A DNA stretch of 64,000 nt from an uncultured Gemmatimonadales bacterium. GTDB taxonomy: Bacteria > Gemmatimonadota > Gemmatimonadetes > Gemmatimonadales > GWC2-71-9. Made by a program: the position numbers and the translations under genes. Shown in pieces: positions 1 through 11,100 of this stretch (positions are counted from its first letter, which is position 1; the number at the start of each line of letters is the position of its first letter). The notes below the pieces were generated by a model, which saw only the letters and a program-made list of their open reading frames with translations, was not told the DNA's origin and searched no databases. The stretch covers positions 256,001 to 320,000 of the forward strand of contig CAWJIM010000023.1 in assembly GCA_963842945.1 (NCBI GenBank), in the 5' to 3' direction.

Positions 1-299
1 GGCGACGCGTTGATCGAGCGCTGCATCGAGGACTGCCACAAGGTCGGCTTCTTCACCGCCGGACGACCCGATCTGGGCGGCCAACCAGGTCGACATGCCC
101 GATCGCCTACGTGGTCTACGACCACGACCGGGCCGCGAAACGTCGAAACGTCATCCGCGACTGGCTGTCGGCGCAGGACATCGTCCTGGCCGGGCGCTAC
201 ACCGAATGGGAGTACTACAACTCGGACCACGCGTTCATCGCCGGCAAGAAGGCCGCGGAGCAGGTGGCAGAGCTTCAGCGGCAGCAGCAGGTACGATGA
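1..299 (+). CDS. FAD-dependent oxidoreductase (protoporphyrinogen oxidase/UDP-galactopyranose mutase-like), C-terminal part, frameshifted
   Basis: C-terminus YVVYDH...LAGRYTEWEYYNSDHAFIAGKKAAE matches the GR(Y/F)xxWxYxNxD end of this flavoprotein family; the 5' part (ERCIEDCHKVG) is in another frame; truncated by the window edge. Confidence 0.7.
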   Translation, partial: RRVDRALHRGLPQGRLLHRRTTRSGRPTRSTCPIAYVVYDHDRAAKRRNVIRDWLSAQDIVLAGRYTEWEYYNSDHAFIAGKKAAEQVAELQRQQQVR

Positions 300-476
300 A
301 TCGCGGCTGTGACGTCAAGTCGGGTGAAGCAGTCTAGGCCAGTGAAGTCTCAGCCGAGCATCTTCACAAGCACACCGCGAGCGGGCCACTGAGCCAGTTT
401 GCCATCAAGGTAGGTCCCTCGCTACGCTTCACCGTTTACTGTCAATGCTGCTCCCCGTCTTTAATCTATTAATGCC

Positions 477-1761
477 ATGACTGACGATCCTCTGCGCCGT
501 CGGCCTGAGGACTTCCTGTGGGCCACCGGTATCGAGGATACGTTCGTGCCCCAGACCCGGCCGGGCCACCGGGCCCTCGATGAGTACCAGCTCATCGGGC
601 ATTACGAGCACTGGCGCGAAGACCTGGCGTCTGGTGCGCGATCTGGGCCTCAAGATGGTGCGTTGGGGGGTGCCCTGGTACCGGCTGGAGCCGTTTCAGC
701 CCGGGGAGTTCGACTGGCGCTGGACCGACCAGGTCATACCCTACATGGTCGAGGAGCTGGGGATCACGCCCGATCGTAGACCTGATGCATTACGGTTGCC
801 CCTTCTGGCTCCGCCGGGAATTCGCCAGCACCGAGTACCCCTCCGCCGTCGCGGCGTACGCTGCCGCGTTTGCCCGAGCGCTACGCCGGCTGGTGCACTG
901 GTACACTCCGCTCAACGAGCCGATCGTCACCGCCCTGTTCTGCGGGCAGCGCGGGCCTCTGGCCTCCCTACCTCCGGAGTGAGAGCGGGTACGTGCAGAT
1001 CATGCTGCAGGTGGTGGAAGGAATCATCCAGACCAGCGCGGCGCTGCTGCGCGGTGAATCCCGAGATGCTGCTGGTGCACGTGGAAGCCACTGGACTCAG
1101 CCGCACCGCCCGCGAGGACCTCCACGCAGTGGCCCAGGAGGAGCAGTCCCGGACCTTTCTTCCCTTCGATCTTCTGACCGGCAGGGTCACCCCGGACCAT
1201 CCGCTATTCCCCTGGCTGGTTCGGAACGGGGCCTCGCCCGACCGGCTCGCAGCGATCGCGGCGCGTCCGGTGCCGTTCAGCCTGATGGGACTCAACTTCT
1301 ATCCCCAGTGGTCCACCACCCAGCTCTACATCGACCGGAGGGGCCGGCTGGCTTACCAGCCGGTGGAACAGGACGGCGCCGGCTTCAGCCACGGTCTATC
1401 GAGGACTATTACCAGCGGTACGGCTTGCCGATCATGGTCACGGAGACCAGCGCCAAGGGGCGATGAAACAGTGCGCGCCCGCTGGCTAGAGGCGTCCGTG
1501 GCCGCTATCCGCGGCCTGCGGGGCCGAGGTATCCCCGTCCTGGGCTACACCTGGTTTCCACTCTTCACCATGATCGACTGGAAGTACCGCTTTGGGCGGG
1601 GTCCGCTGGAGGAATACCGCCTGGAGCTGGGTCTGTACACCCTGGATGGCGCTGCCGGCCGCTGGGGGCCAACACCGCTGGTCGAGCAGTTTCGAAGCTA
1701 TATGAGCGATGCGAGAACTGCGATCGGGAATCTGGGACTGGAACAGAGTCTCTCGAGCTGA
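477..1761 (+). CDS. GH1-like (clan GH-A) glycoside hydrolase/beta-glucosidase, several frameshifts
   Basis: Joined frames give FLWATGIEDT, VRWGVPWY, MHYGCPFWL, YTPLNEP (acid/base), GLNFYP, IMVTETS (nucleophile), GYTWFPLF. Confidence 0.8.
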
Positions 1762-1771
1762 AGTCGATGAC

Positions 1772-3099
1772 ATGCACCCATGGACCCGCACCACAGCCCT
1801 GGAGACGTCGAGCCGCCCACGACCACGCGCGACTAGACCTCACTGCCCCGGCCGTACTCGGGCCGATACTCCGATCTGTTCCGCTCCTTCTGGATCGGCC
1901 GGATTCGAGTCGGCTGTCCATATCAACCGCGTCCGGCGTGCGGCTCGACATGGTCTCTGCCACCCAGCATGACCGGTGGGTGGACGAGGACTATGCGCCG
2001 GCTGGCAGAGTGGGGCATCCGCACGGTGCGGGAAGGGATTGCGCTGGCACCTGATCGAGACGGCTGGACGGTTCGATTTTTCCTCGCTGCTGCCGACGGT
2101 CGAGGCTGCTCGGCGCCATGGCATCCAGGTGATCTGGGCTCTCTGTCACTATGGATGGCCAGATGACCTGGATCTGTTCTCGCGCCGCGATTCATCGACC
2201 GTTTTGCTCGTTACTGCGGCGCAGGCGGCACGCTTCATCGGCGATCACACCGACGGGTCTCAGTTCTACACTCCGATCAACGAGATCTCCTTTCTGGCCT
2301 GGGCCGCGGGAGAGAAGGCATACATCCATCCCCACCGGGAGGACGCCGGGAGAGCCTGATCAAGCGAGCAGCTGATCCGGGCGACGATTCGCGGGTATCG
2401 AGGCAATCTGGACGGTGGACCCACGTGCCCGGATCATGCACACTGAGCCGCTGATTCACGTGCTCACGCCAAGGACGCCCGGATCTGGCCCGCGCCGCCG
2501 CCGACCAGCGGGCCGCGCAGTTCGAGGCGTGGGACATGCTGGCCGGTGCCATGGAGCCCCAGCTGGGCGGCCACCCCCGGTATCTCGATGTAGTCGGCGT
2601 CAACTACTACCACGCCAATCAGTGGGAACATCCCGACCAACGCCTACGCTGGGAGGACACGCCCCGGGATCCCCGCTGGCTGCCTTTCAGCTCATTGCTG
2701 GCTGAGGTGTACTACCGCTACTGGCGGCCGGTTGTGGTGAGCGAGACCAGCCACTTTGGCGCCGGACGGGGGCGCTGGATTCGCGAGGTCGGTAAGGAGG
2801 TGGGCGAGCTCGCGAGGCAGGGGTGCGCGTCGACGGGCTGTGCATCTATCCGATCATCGACCGGCCCGACTGGGACGACCCGAACCATTGGCACAACAGT
2901 GGGCTCTGGGATCTCCGCCGAAATAGCGGGGAAGCTCGAGCGGGTATTGAATGAGGAATACGCGACCGACCTCCGGGGAGCCCAGACCGCCTCCGCTCGG
3001 CCAGCCTCGGCTGAGGACGTCGGTTCGCCTCGATTCCGCATTCTCGGTCCCTTCCGAGTTCCTATGGCATCGTCACCGGCGGCCGATTTTCCAGCTTGA
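1772..3099 (+). CDS. Second GH1-like beta-glucosidase-family protein, several frameshifts; ends approximate
   Basis: Joined frames give FESAVH...RLDMVSATQHD, GIRTVREGLRWHLIE, WALCHYGWP, TPINEISF, GVNYYHANQWE, VVSETSH, YPIIDRPDWD. Confidence 0.75.
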
Positions 3100-5926
3100 C
3101 CCGGTCCTCCGGCGCCCCGGTCCGAGCGGTCCGGGCGATCAGATCCCGCATCATGATGCTTGCCACCGGATGGGTTCCGAGATGATCACGGATGCCATAG
3201 GTGCAGATCATCAGCCTCCCTCGGTCAATGGCGCGCTCCGCCACCAGCGCGACCACATGATGCACCCAGCCCACGAAGAGACCGGAGTGCACGTTGGCCG
3301 CGAAGTCCCGCGGGGTAAGCCCGACGATCACGGTCTCGGGAGTAAGGTCGGCAAAGGCGAAATCCACCGTGCCGCCGGTCGGGATATCCCCGAACATCTT
3401 GTCCTGCCGGATCCAGCTCATGCTGCTGGCCCAGTCGCCCTGCCAGCTGCGGCCATGGCGCTGCGCGATGCTGATGGAGCCGAGGTGCGCCTGCTGTGAC
3501 TCCGGCTGCTCGGCGAGCCAGAGTACGCGCCCGCCGTTCTGGACATACCACCGGAGCTCGTCGGTCATCCGCTCGACCACCACCAGGTCCGCCGCGCTTT
3601 CGTCCACCAGCTCGTATCCCATCCCGGCCAGGCGCGCCGAAAGCCGGGGCAGGCCGGGCACCGCTATGCGGAGGTCGGGCGAGGGCTTCTCGAATCGAGG
3701 GAAGAAGTAGAGCTCATGGTGGTTCCGGGTGACCAGCTCGCCCGCCGCATTGAAGAGACGCATTTCGAGCCGAGCCCGGGCCGGCCGGTCCAGCCGGGGC
3801 ACATCGAACACCGCGGTGCCGATATTGGTGAGCTGGGCTCGCTGCGGGATCACCGCCTCGAAGGAGCCCCGAAGGTCCGGCCACTGGTCAAGCTGCCATT
3901 CCAGGCGGCAGCCCCGGAGATCGGCCGACGAGAAATGCGAGAGCGCCAGCTTCACCTCACAGCGCTCGCCTTCCCAGAACGCGATTCGCTCCCAGTCGGT
4001 CGGGACGATCGCATCCGGGACTGTTGACCTGGCCGATGACGTCGTAGAACGTCTTGGGGTTGCGGCACATGTCCAGCAGCCCGTTGCTCTCCCAGTGGAC
4101 GTCGGTGAACTCGGTGATCACGTAGCCCACGATGCTCGGGTGCCGCCGCATCTGCTCGATCTGATATTTCAGCGCCGTGAACTGCATCCGCTGGCTGGCC
4201 GCCGGCAAGGTCGGACAGGGTGGGGAAAACCTTGTCGAGATGGAACGCCTTGAACCGCTGCTCGATCCCGTGGGGGTAGACGACGCCGTCGCCCCACTCG
4301 ATCCCGGTCTCGAACCACCAGGGCTCACGGCCGCCGTAGCACTCTTTCAGCTTTGCCGACATCGGGCAGGCCCCAGTTGCCGAACTCGGAGACCACCATC
4401 GGCTCACTGCCGCGCCGCCGAACTTCGGGCGCCGGCTGTCGGGGTATCGGATTCCAGGGATCTCGGATGTATTCCCGCCACGACTCGATGCTTTCGTACA
4501 CATGGGCAAAGGTCCACGGCGGCCGGCTGGCAAAGGTCTGAACCCACTCCTTCCACTTCCGGTAGTGGTCCGGCATCGCGTAGTAGTTGTGAAAGTCCTC
4601 GATGTCGGTGACCACGTGAAAGTTGGTAAAGCAGGGTGAGTTCCCCACCACCAGCCGGTGCGGATCCAGCGCCTTCAGCTCGGTGTACATGTCCGCCAGC
4701 CAGGCGCGATGGCCGGCGTTGACCGCCAGGTCTACGCCCCAGTTCTCGTTGACGATGGTCCAGATGATGATCGACGGGTGGTTCCAGTCCCGTTCGACCA
4801 TGCCGAACAGCGTCTCCTTCGCCCGCCGCTTGGCGGCATCGGTCAGCTCCTGCCAATTGGGAAGCTCGGTCCAGATCAGAAGCCCGATCCGGTCCGCTGC
4901 GTCGTAATAGCGGGGATCGGTGATCTTGATGTGGGTCCGCAGACAGTTGAGCCCCATATGCTTCGCCTTGGCGAACTGCTCCTCCAGCTCGGCGTCGCTG
5001 AACGGGGTGTAGATCAGGTCCGGGTAGTAGTCCTGGTCCAGCGCCCCCCGGAGATAGAGCACCTTCCCGTTCAGCAGCAGATGGCCGGTGGACGAGGTCG
5101 CGATGGTTCGCATCCCGAACCGGGTTCCCGACTGGTCCACCGGCTCGGCCCGGTCGTCGTTGCTGTCGAGCAGCACGGCCTGCAGCTCATAGAGGTTGGG
5201 CACCGTGGTATCCCAGAGCATGGGGTCCGGAACCGGTATGGTGAGCTGCTCAGCCTCATGGCCGGTCCCGACCACCAGGCGGTGGCGGCGCTGCTGCCCT
5301 CGCGGATCGGTGATGTTGAGCCAGAGACCCAGCGGTTTGTCGGCCGGTCGATTGAGTATGACATCCACCCGGATCTGCTCGCCCGGCACATCCGGAGTGA
5401 CCCGCAGCCGGGTCAGGTGGGTGCGGGCCCGGCGCTCCAAATACACGCTCTGCCAGATTCCGCCGATCGGGCCATACCAGCTCTGCTTGCCGTGGGGGAT
5501 TTCGGCGAAGGTAAACTCGGGAGGAAAGTCGGCGTCATTGCCTGGATCGATCACCCGCACAACCAGCTCGTTGGGGCCCTCGCGGCGAAGGCTATCGGTC
5601 ACATCGAGCTCAAAGGGCAGGTATCCGCCCTCGTGCTCGCCGACCTGCTGGCCGTTGAGCCACACCGAGGTGAAGTAGTCCACCGCCCCAAAGTGGAGCA
5701 CGTGGCCAGCGGGCTGGCCATTCGAGCGTCCCTCCCCCAGCTCGAATTGCCGGCGGTACCAGGCTACGCCACTGTAGTCTCTGAGGTCTTCGAATTGGGC
5801 CTGCCAGGGACCGGGTACCCTGATCTTTCGCCCCTCATTTTTCCCGAGTGTGGTCGGCGTGAGACTTTGCTGAGGATCGGGGAAGAATTCCCACTCGCCG
5901 TCGAGATTGGTGCGCTGACGAATCAC
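3062..5926 (-). CDS. Glycoside hydrolase family 2 (sugar-binding plus TIM barrel), frameshifted
   Basis: [60 protein letters not shown] across ORFs 4325-5926, 3952-4533, 3957-4328 and 3062-3955; GTG start with GGAG upstream. Confidence 0.85.
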
Positions 5927-5999
5927 GTCTTGACTCCAGAGCGTGCTAAAGAGAACTCATGGGCCATGTAAGAGAGGCATGCCCGGCGGGTTTGCAACC

Positions 6000-6414
6000 T
6001 TAACGGGAGATAACCCGGGAACTGGTGCGGAGGCCGCGCCGCCGCTCCAGCCAGGTGCCGGCCAGGCGCACCGATCAGTCCCGCCACCGCCGCGGTGGCA
6101 GTGACGACGGCTATGCCGTAGGCAAACACCCGAGACTCGCTGACGGTTTGACCTACCGGGCCCGGACCCACCAGCCAGGCGGCAAGTGGACCCAACGTTC
6201 CGTCCAAAAACCCCACGGCTGCAGCGGCAACCACTGCAACGGCCAGACCGGCTCGAAGTGAGACAAGCAGGCCGACACTGAGGTAGACGAAAAGAGAGAC
6301 CGCACCGAGACGAGAGTACGGGAACCCTAGCGGCCTTCCGGTCAGTGCACCAATGATGTCCAGGGCCACCAGCAATGCCGCGGCGCCGAGGATGACCGGG
6401 GTAACCCGTTTCAT
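6000..6414 (-). CDS. Small integral membrane protein (about 4 TM); 3' end probably frameshifted
   Basis: Four hydrophobic segments; GAGGAG RBS before ATG; plausible true stop at 6000-6002 after an indel. Confidence 0.6.
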
Positions 6415-6601
6415 AGAGCTCCTCTCGTCTTCTGAACGACCCAGGGCCCTGCAAACACGATCGAGGTCGGAATAGTGCAGGACAGTAAGGTGTACTCAAG
6501 TGATTCGATCAACAAGCGGGACTATCGATCTGCCGGGTGGTATGGGCCGGTGTACTATTAGGTCTCTGCTGCCCTCCCTCCTTCTCAGGAGCCGATGTCC
6601 C

Positions 6602-6967
6602 ATGCTTCTCCTGTTTCTCGCGATCGGGGTGGTTGCTGGAGTGTTATCGGGATTGTTCGGCATCGGTGGTGGTATTCTCATTATCCCCTCGCTCATCTTT
6701 TTCGCCAAGTTCCACACCAAGCTGGCCATCGGCACCTCACTCGGCGCCATGCTCCTGCCCGTAGGGCTCCTCGGTGCCTACGCCTACTACCTGCAGGGCA
6801 ACATCCATATCAAAGGCTCACTCCTTATTGGCCTCGGCCTCTTCTTGGGCGCCTACCTGGGCGCACGGCTGGCCCAAACCATTCCGAGTCCCACCCTGCA
6901 GCGAATGTTTGCCGTGTTCATCGTCCTCATGGCCATTCGACTCTGGCTCGAGGCCGGCAGAGGATAA
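6602..6967 (+). CDS. TauE/SafE (TSUP) sulfite exporter family, half-size protein
   Basis: GVVAGVLSGLFGIGGGILIIP and AIGTSL motifs; AGGAG upstream. Confidence 0.85.
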   Translation: MLLLFLAIGVVAGVLSGLFGIGGGILIIPSLIFFAKFHTKLAIGTSLGAMLLPVGLLGAYAYYLQGNIHIKGSLLIGLGLFLGAYLGARLAQTIPSPTLQRMFAVFIVLMAIRLWLEAGRG

Positions 6968-6970
6968 GCC

Positions 6971-7477
6971 ATGTCCAGCGCGTCCGACCCGATCCGGCTC
7001 ACCTCTGCCGACTTCAGCCACGGCGGCAGCATACCCCTTACTCACAGCTGTGAGGGCGAAAATCTCTCACCGGCCCTGGCATGGGAGGGAGTTCCGGTCG
7101 AGCGCCGCAGCATGGCGCTGGTCTGTGACGACCCGGATGCTCCCCGGGGCACCTGGGTGCATTGGGTGTTGTACAACCTGCCCGGCGAGACGGTGGAGCT
7201 GTCCCGCGGCGTCCCGGCCCTGCCGGAGCTCCCGTCCGGCGCCCGGCAAGGCCGCAACGACTCGGGGGAGATTGGTTACAGCGGACCTTGTCCTCCGCCG
7301 GGAAAGCCTCATCGGTATTACTTCCGCATCTACGCTCTGGACATCATGCTCACCCTGCCCCACGGAGTCTCCAGGGCCGAGCTGGAGCGTGCCATGGCCG
7401 ATCACATATTGGCTCAGGGGACGCTGATGGGGACGTATCAGCGGGGCAGCGGGGCAGCGGGGCAGCAGGGCCGTTAA
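6971..7477 (+). CDS. YbhB/YbcL family (PEBP, Raf kinase inhibitor-like) protein
   Basis: SPALAW, CDDPDAP, WVHWVLYNLP, GYSGPCPPPG, HRYYFRIYALD. Confidence 0.93.
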   Translation: MSSASDPIRLTSADFSHGGSIPLTHSCEGENLSPALAWEGVPVERRSMALVCDDPDAPRGTWVHWVLYNLPGETVELSRGVPALPELPSGARQGRNDSGEIGYSGPCPPPGKPHRYYFRIYALDIMLTLPHGVSRAELERAMADHILAQGTLMGTYQRGSGAAGQQGR

Positions 7478-7543
7478 ACCAGGGCACGACCAGTTTCATT
7501 TGAGAGAGACACTGCCCCGCCGCCCAGCCGCCCCGCTGCCCCT
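7439..7543. repeat. Inverted octamer tandem-repeat hairpin (CAGCGGGG x3 + CAGCAGGG / CTGCCCCG-like x4)
   Basis: Left arm 7439-7470 and right arm 7512-7543 are reverse-complementary; the upstream stop codon lies in the loop. Confidence 0.85.
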
Positions 7544-7556
7544 CTAAGTTTCGACT

Positions 7557-8612
7557 ATGCCTCTCCTCACTCTCACCGATCGAGGCTTCTACTGCGAGCC
7601 GGGAGACTTTTACGTCGATCCCTGGGAGCCGGTGGACCGGGCGGTGATCACTCACGCCCACGGCGACCATGCGACCTGGGGCTCCCGGGCCTACCTGACA
7701 GCGGAGCCCGGGGTGCCGGTCCTGCGAGCTCGTATGGGGCCGGCAGCCGCCATTCGGGGCGTCCGTTACGGCCAGGCGATCAGCGTGAACGGGGTTACCG
7801 TGTCCCTCCATCCGGCAGGGCATATCCTGGGATCGGCTCAGGTTCGTCTGGTACATCGGGGCGAGGTCTGGGTTGTCTCCGGCGATTACAAAACCGATCC
7901 GGACCCTACCTGTACTCCCTTCGAGCCGGTCCGCTGCCACACCTTCGTCACTGAATCCACTTTCGGGCTCCCGATCTACCGTTGGCCGCCTCAGTCTGAG
8001 GTATTCGCCGACATCAACAGCTGGTGGCAGGCGAACGCCGCGGCAGGCAAGGTCAGCATGCTCTATGGCTACACCCTGGGGAAGGCGCAGCGGCTGATTG
8101 CCGGACTGGACCCTGCCATTGGGCCCATTCTCACCCACGGAGCGGTCGAGAGGATGACCGCCGCCTATCGGGCCGCGGGCGTTGAGCTCCCTCCCACGCA
8201 GTATGCCGGAACCCTGGAGCGGAGGGTGGATGCCGCAGGCGCAATCGTGGTGGCACCCCCCCATGCCAGTGGCTCCCCCTGGACTCGGCGCTTCGGCCAT
8301 CAGTCTACGGCGTTCGCCTCAGGGTGGATGCTGGTCCGCGGTGCCCGGCGGCGCCGGGCACTCGATCGCGGCTTCCCGCTGTCGGACCATGTCGATTGGC
8401 CCAGTCTCCTCGCAAGCATCGAGGCATCCGGCGCGGCCGAGATCTGGGTCACCCACGGCTTCACCGCGCCGGTTGTCCGCTGGCTCCGCGAACGGGGTCT
8501 GGACGCTCAGGCGGTGCAGACCCGGTTCGAAGGCGAACGGGATGATGAGGTCAGTGAGGAAGCAGGGACTCTGGGTGGCGGGGAGGCCGTGGCAGACGAG
8601 GCAGTGCTGTGA
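7557..8612 (+). CDS. Ligase-associated DNA damage response exonuclease (MBL/beta-CASP)
   Basis: ITHAHGDH, AGHILGSAQ, SGDYK, TESTFGLP, LSDHVDW, VTHG; directly upstream of an ATP-dependent ligase. Confidence 0.93.
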   Translation: MPLLTLTDRGFYCEPGDFYVDPWEPVDRAVITHAHGDHATWGSRAYLTAEPGVPVLRARMGPAAAIRGVRYGQAISVNGVTVSLHPAGHILGSAQVRLVHRGEVWVVSGDYKTDPDPTCTPFEPVRCHTFVTESTFGLPIYRWPPQSEVFADINSWWQANAAAGKVSMLYGYTLGKAQRLIAGLDPAIGPILTHGAVERMTAAYRAAGVELPPTQYAGTLERRVDAAGAIVVAPPHASGSPWTRRFGHQSTAFASGWMLVRGARRRRALDRGFPLSDHVDWPSLLASIEASGAAEIWVTHGFTAPVVRWLRERGLDAQAVQTRFEGERDDEVSEEAGTLGGGEAVADEAVL

Positions 8613-10219
8613 GAGCGTTTGCGACACTCTTCAGCGCTATTGACGAAACCAACGCCACGGGTGAGAAGGTTGCCGCTCTGGTGGAGTACTTCCGGGCGGC
8701 TCCCCCGCAGGACGCCGCCTGGGCCGTTCATTTCCTGAGCGGTCGCCGTCCCAAGCGGTTGGTGGGCTCTCGCAAGCTTGCCGCCTGGGCTTCCAGCGAG
8801 GCCGGTATTCCCCAATGGCTGTTCGAGGAGAGCTATCAGGCCGTCGGCGACCTGGCCGAAACGATCACCTTGATCCTGCCCGACACCGGTGCTTCCAGCG
8901 AGCTTCCTCTGTCGCACTGGGTCGAGCAGCGGCTGCTCTCGCTTCGCGGCGAAGACGAGGACGTTCAGCGCGAGGTCATGGTGGACTCCTGGCGTGAGCT
9001 GGATCGGCGGGAGCGCTTCGTCTGGAACAAGCTGATTACCGGCAGCTTCCGGGTCGGTGCCTCCCAACGGCTCGTCATCCGGGCTCTGGCGGAAACGAGC
9101 GGAGTCGAGGAAGGCGTGATCGCCCACCGGCTGATGGGCGCCTGGGAGCCGACCGCTGACTTCTTTCAGCGGCTGATAGCCCCGGACACCAGCGACGCCG
9201 ATGTCAGCCGGCCGTATCCCTTCTTTCTGGCCCACCCGCTCGAGGGGGAACCGGCGGAACTGGGCGATATCGTTGACTGGATAGCCGAGTGGAAGTGGGA
9301 CGGGATTCGGGTTCAGCTGATCCGGCGGGCCGGACAGAGCTTTCTCTGGTCCAGGGGTGAGGAGTTGCTCGCCGGACGGTTTCCCGAAATTGAGGATCAG
9401 GGGGCCCTGCTGCCGGAGGGCACCGTCATCGACGGGGAGCTGCTCCCCTGGTTGGAGGGCAGCCCGCTGCCTTTCGCTCAGCTTCAGCGCCGAATCGGCC
9501 GCAAGAATCCGGGCCCAAAGATTCTGGACGAGGTTCCGGCCATGCTGGTCGCCTACGACCTGCTGGAGAGCAATGGCGAGGACATCCGCGCTGAGCCACT
9601 CCGCAGTCGGCGAGCCCGCCTCGTATCGCTGGTTGAGTCGGTAGCGAGCAGCGGACGGCTGATCCTGTCGCCCAGCGTCGGCGCTTCCAGCTGGGAATCC
9701 CTCACCGAGGCGCGGAGCAGAGCCCGCGACATGGGAGCGGAGGGAATCATGCTGAAGCGCCTGAGCTCGGCCTACGGCGTCGGACGGCGACGGGGCGACT
9801 GGTGGAAGTGGAAGGTTGATCCGCTCACCGTCGACGCGGTGCTGATCTATGCCCAGGCCGGCAGTGGACGACGGGCGGGACTCTTTACCGACTACACCTT
9901 CGGGATCTGGGAGGGAGATCACCTGGTGCCCTTTGCCAAGGCCTACTCGGGTCTGACCGACGAGGAGATGCGGAAAGTCGACCAGTTCATTCGTCGCAAC
10001 ACACTGGAGAAGTTCGGGCCGGTGCGAACGGTCAAACCCGAGCTCGTCTTCGAGCTCCACTTCGAGGGATTGCAGCCGTCCAGCCGCCATAAGAGCGGTA
10101 TCGCGGTTCGGTTTCCCCGGATGGCCCGGTGGAGGACCGACAAGAAGCCGGAGGAGGCAGACACGATCGAAACGGTTAGATCATTACTGAAAAGCGTAAG
10201 CGGAGAAGAGACAGCGTAA
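8609..10219 (+). CDS. ATP-dependent DNA ligase (ligase-associated DNA damage response type)
   Basis: EWKWDGIR adenylation motif, EGIMLK, WWKWK, AVRFPRMARWRTDK; GTGA overlap with the upstream gene. Confidence 0.95.
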   Translation: MRAFATLFSAIDETNATGEKVAALVEYFRAAPPQDAAWAVHFLSGRRPKRLVGSRKLAAWASSEAGIPQWLFEESYQAVGDLAETITLILPDTGASSELPLSHWVEQRLLSLRGEDEDVQREVMVDSWRELDRRERFVWNKLITGSFRVGASQRLVIRALAETSGVEEGVIAHRLMGAWEPTADFFQRLIAPDTSDADVSRPYPFFLAHPLEGEPAELGDIVDWIAEWKWDGIRVQLIRRAGQSFLWSRGEELLAGRFPEIEDQGALLPEGTVIDGELLPWLEGSPLPFAQLQRRIGRKNPGPKILDEVPAMLVAYDLLESNGEDIRAEPLRSRRARLVSLVESVASSGRLILSPSVGASSWESLTEARSRARDMGAEGIMLKRLSSAYGVGRRRGDWWKWKVDPLTVDAVLIYAQAGSGRRAGLFTDYTFGIWEGDHLVPFAKAYSGLTDEEMRKVDQFIRRNTLEKFGPVRTVKPELVFELHFEGLQPSSRHKSGIAVRFPRMARWRTDKKPEEADTIETVRSLLKSVSGEETA

Positions 10220-10281
10220 GCGGGAACAGCGGTATCGATCCCGCTCACCGCTCACGCTGTTGTTTACCCGCTTACGGTTTT
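10190..10281. repeat. Long imperfect hairpin built of GCGTAAGCGG/CCGCTTACG-type units
   Basis: AAAAGCGTAAGCGG (10190-10203) pairs with CCGCTTACGGTTTT (10268-10281); ACAGCGTAAGCGG pairs with CCGCTCACGCTGT; contains the ligase stop codon. Confidence 0.8.
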
Positions 10282-10290
10282 ATTTGACGA

Positions 10291-11100
10291 ATGCCCAACT
10301 TTATCTGCATCACTTGCGGAGTCCAATACGCCGAGTCTCTGCTGCCTCCACCCCGCTGCGCCATCTGCGAGGAGGAGCGCCAGTACGTGGGTTGGGAGGG
10401 ACAGAAATGGACCACCCTCAAGGACCTGCAGTGCAGTCATAAAAACCGGCTGGATGTCGAAGGGCCCGAGCTGATCAGTCTGGTGACCGAGCCGAAGTTC
10501 GCCATCGGCCAGCGAGCGCTTCACGTCCGCACCGGCAAAGGCAACGTGCTCTGGGATTGCCTGAGCCTGGCTGACGACCGCAGCGTCGCCGCCATTCAGG
10601 CTCTCGGCGGCGTTGCGGCCATCGCGGTCTCTCACCCCCACTACTACTCCTCCATCGTGGAATGGAGCCGCGCGTTGGGAGACGTTCCCGTCTACCTCCA
10701 CGCTGCCGACGGCGACTGGGTCATGCGGCCTCATCCGGCCATCGTGTTCTGGCACGGGGATGCCCACGAGATTGCCCCTGGTCTGACTCTGCTCCGCCTG
10801 GGCGGGCACTTTCCCGGAGGCACCGTGCTGCACTGGGCGGGTGGGGCTGGTGGGAAAGGCGCGATCCTCAGCGGCGACATCCTGCAGGTGGGTCAGGATC
10901 GGAAAACCGTGAGCTTCATGCGGAGCTATCCCAATTACATCCCCGTCAGTCCCGCCACGGTACGGCACATCATAGCCGCACTCCAGCCTTACGAGTTTGA
11001 GCAGATCTTTGGCGGATGGTTCGGGCAGAACATCATGAAGGACGCCAAGCAGGCCTTCCAGTACTCGGCGGAGCGGTATCTGGCCGCGATCAGTGACTAA
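10291..11100 (+). CDS. MBL-fold metallo-hydrolase with N-terminal CxxC...CxxC motif
   Basis: ICITCG...CAICEEERQY, AVSHPHYY, GGHFPGG, LSGD, SFMRSYPNYIP. Confidence 0.88.
   Translation: MPNFICITCGVQYAESLLPPPRCAICEEERQYVGWEGQKWTTLKDLQCSHKNRLDVEGPELISLVTEPKFAIGQRALHVRTGKGNVLWDCLSLADDRSVAAIQALGGVAAIAVSHPHYYSSIVEWSRALGDVPVYLHAADGDWVMRPHPAIVFWHGDAHEIAPGLTLLRLGGHFPGGTVLHWAGGAGGKGAILSGDILQVGQDRKTVSFMRSYPNYIPVSPATVRHIIAALQPYEFEQIFGGWFGQNIMKDAKQAFQYSAERYLAAISD

Noticed and set aside
4658..5971. Long antisense ORFs (also 8507-10090, 14595-15671, 30338-31576, 59957-61111)
   Set aside because: Shadow frames opposite well-supported genes, expected in high-GC DNA; no motifs.
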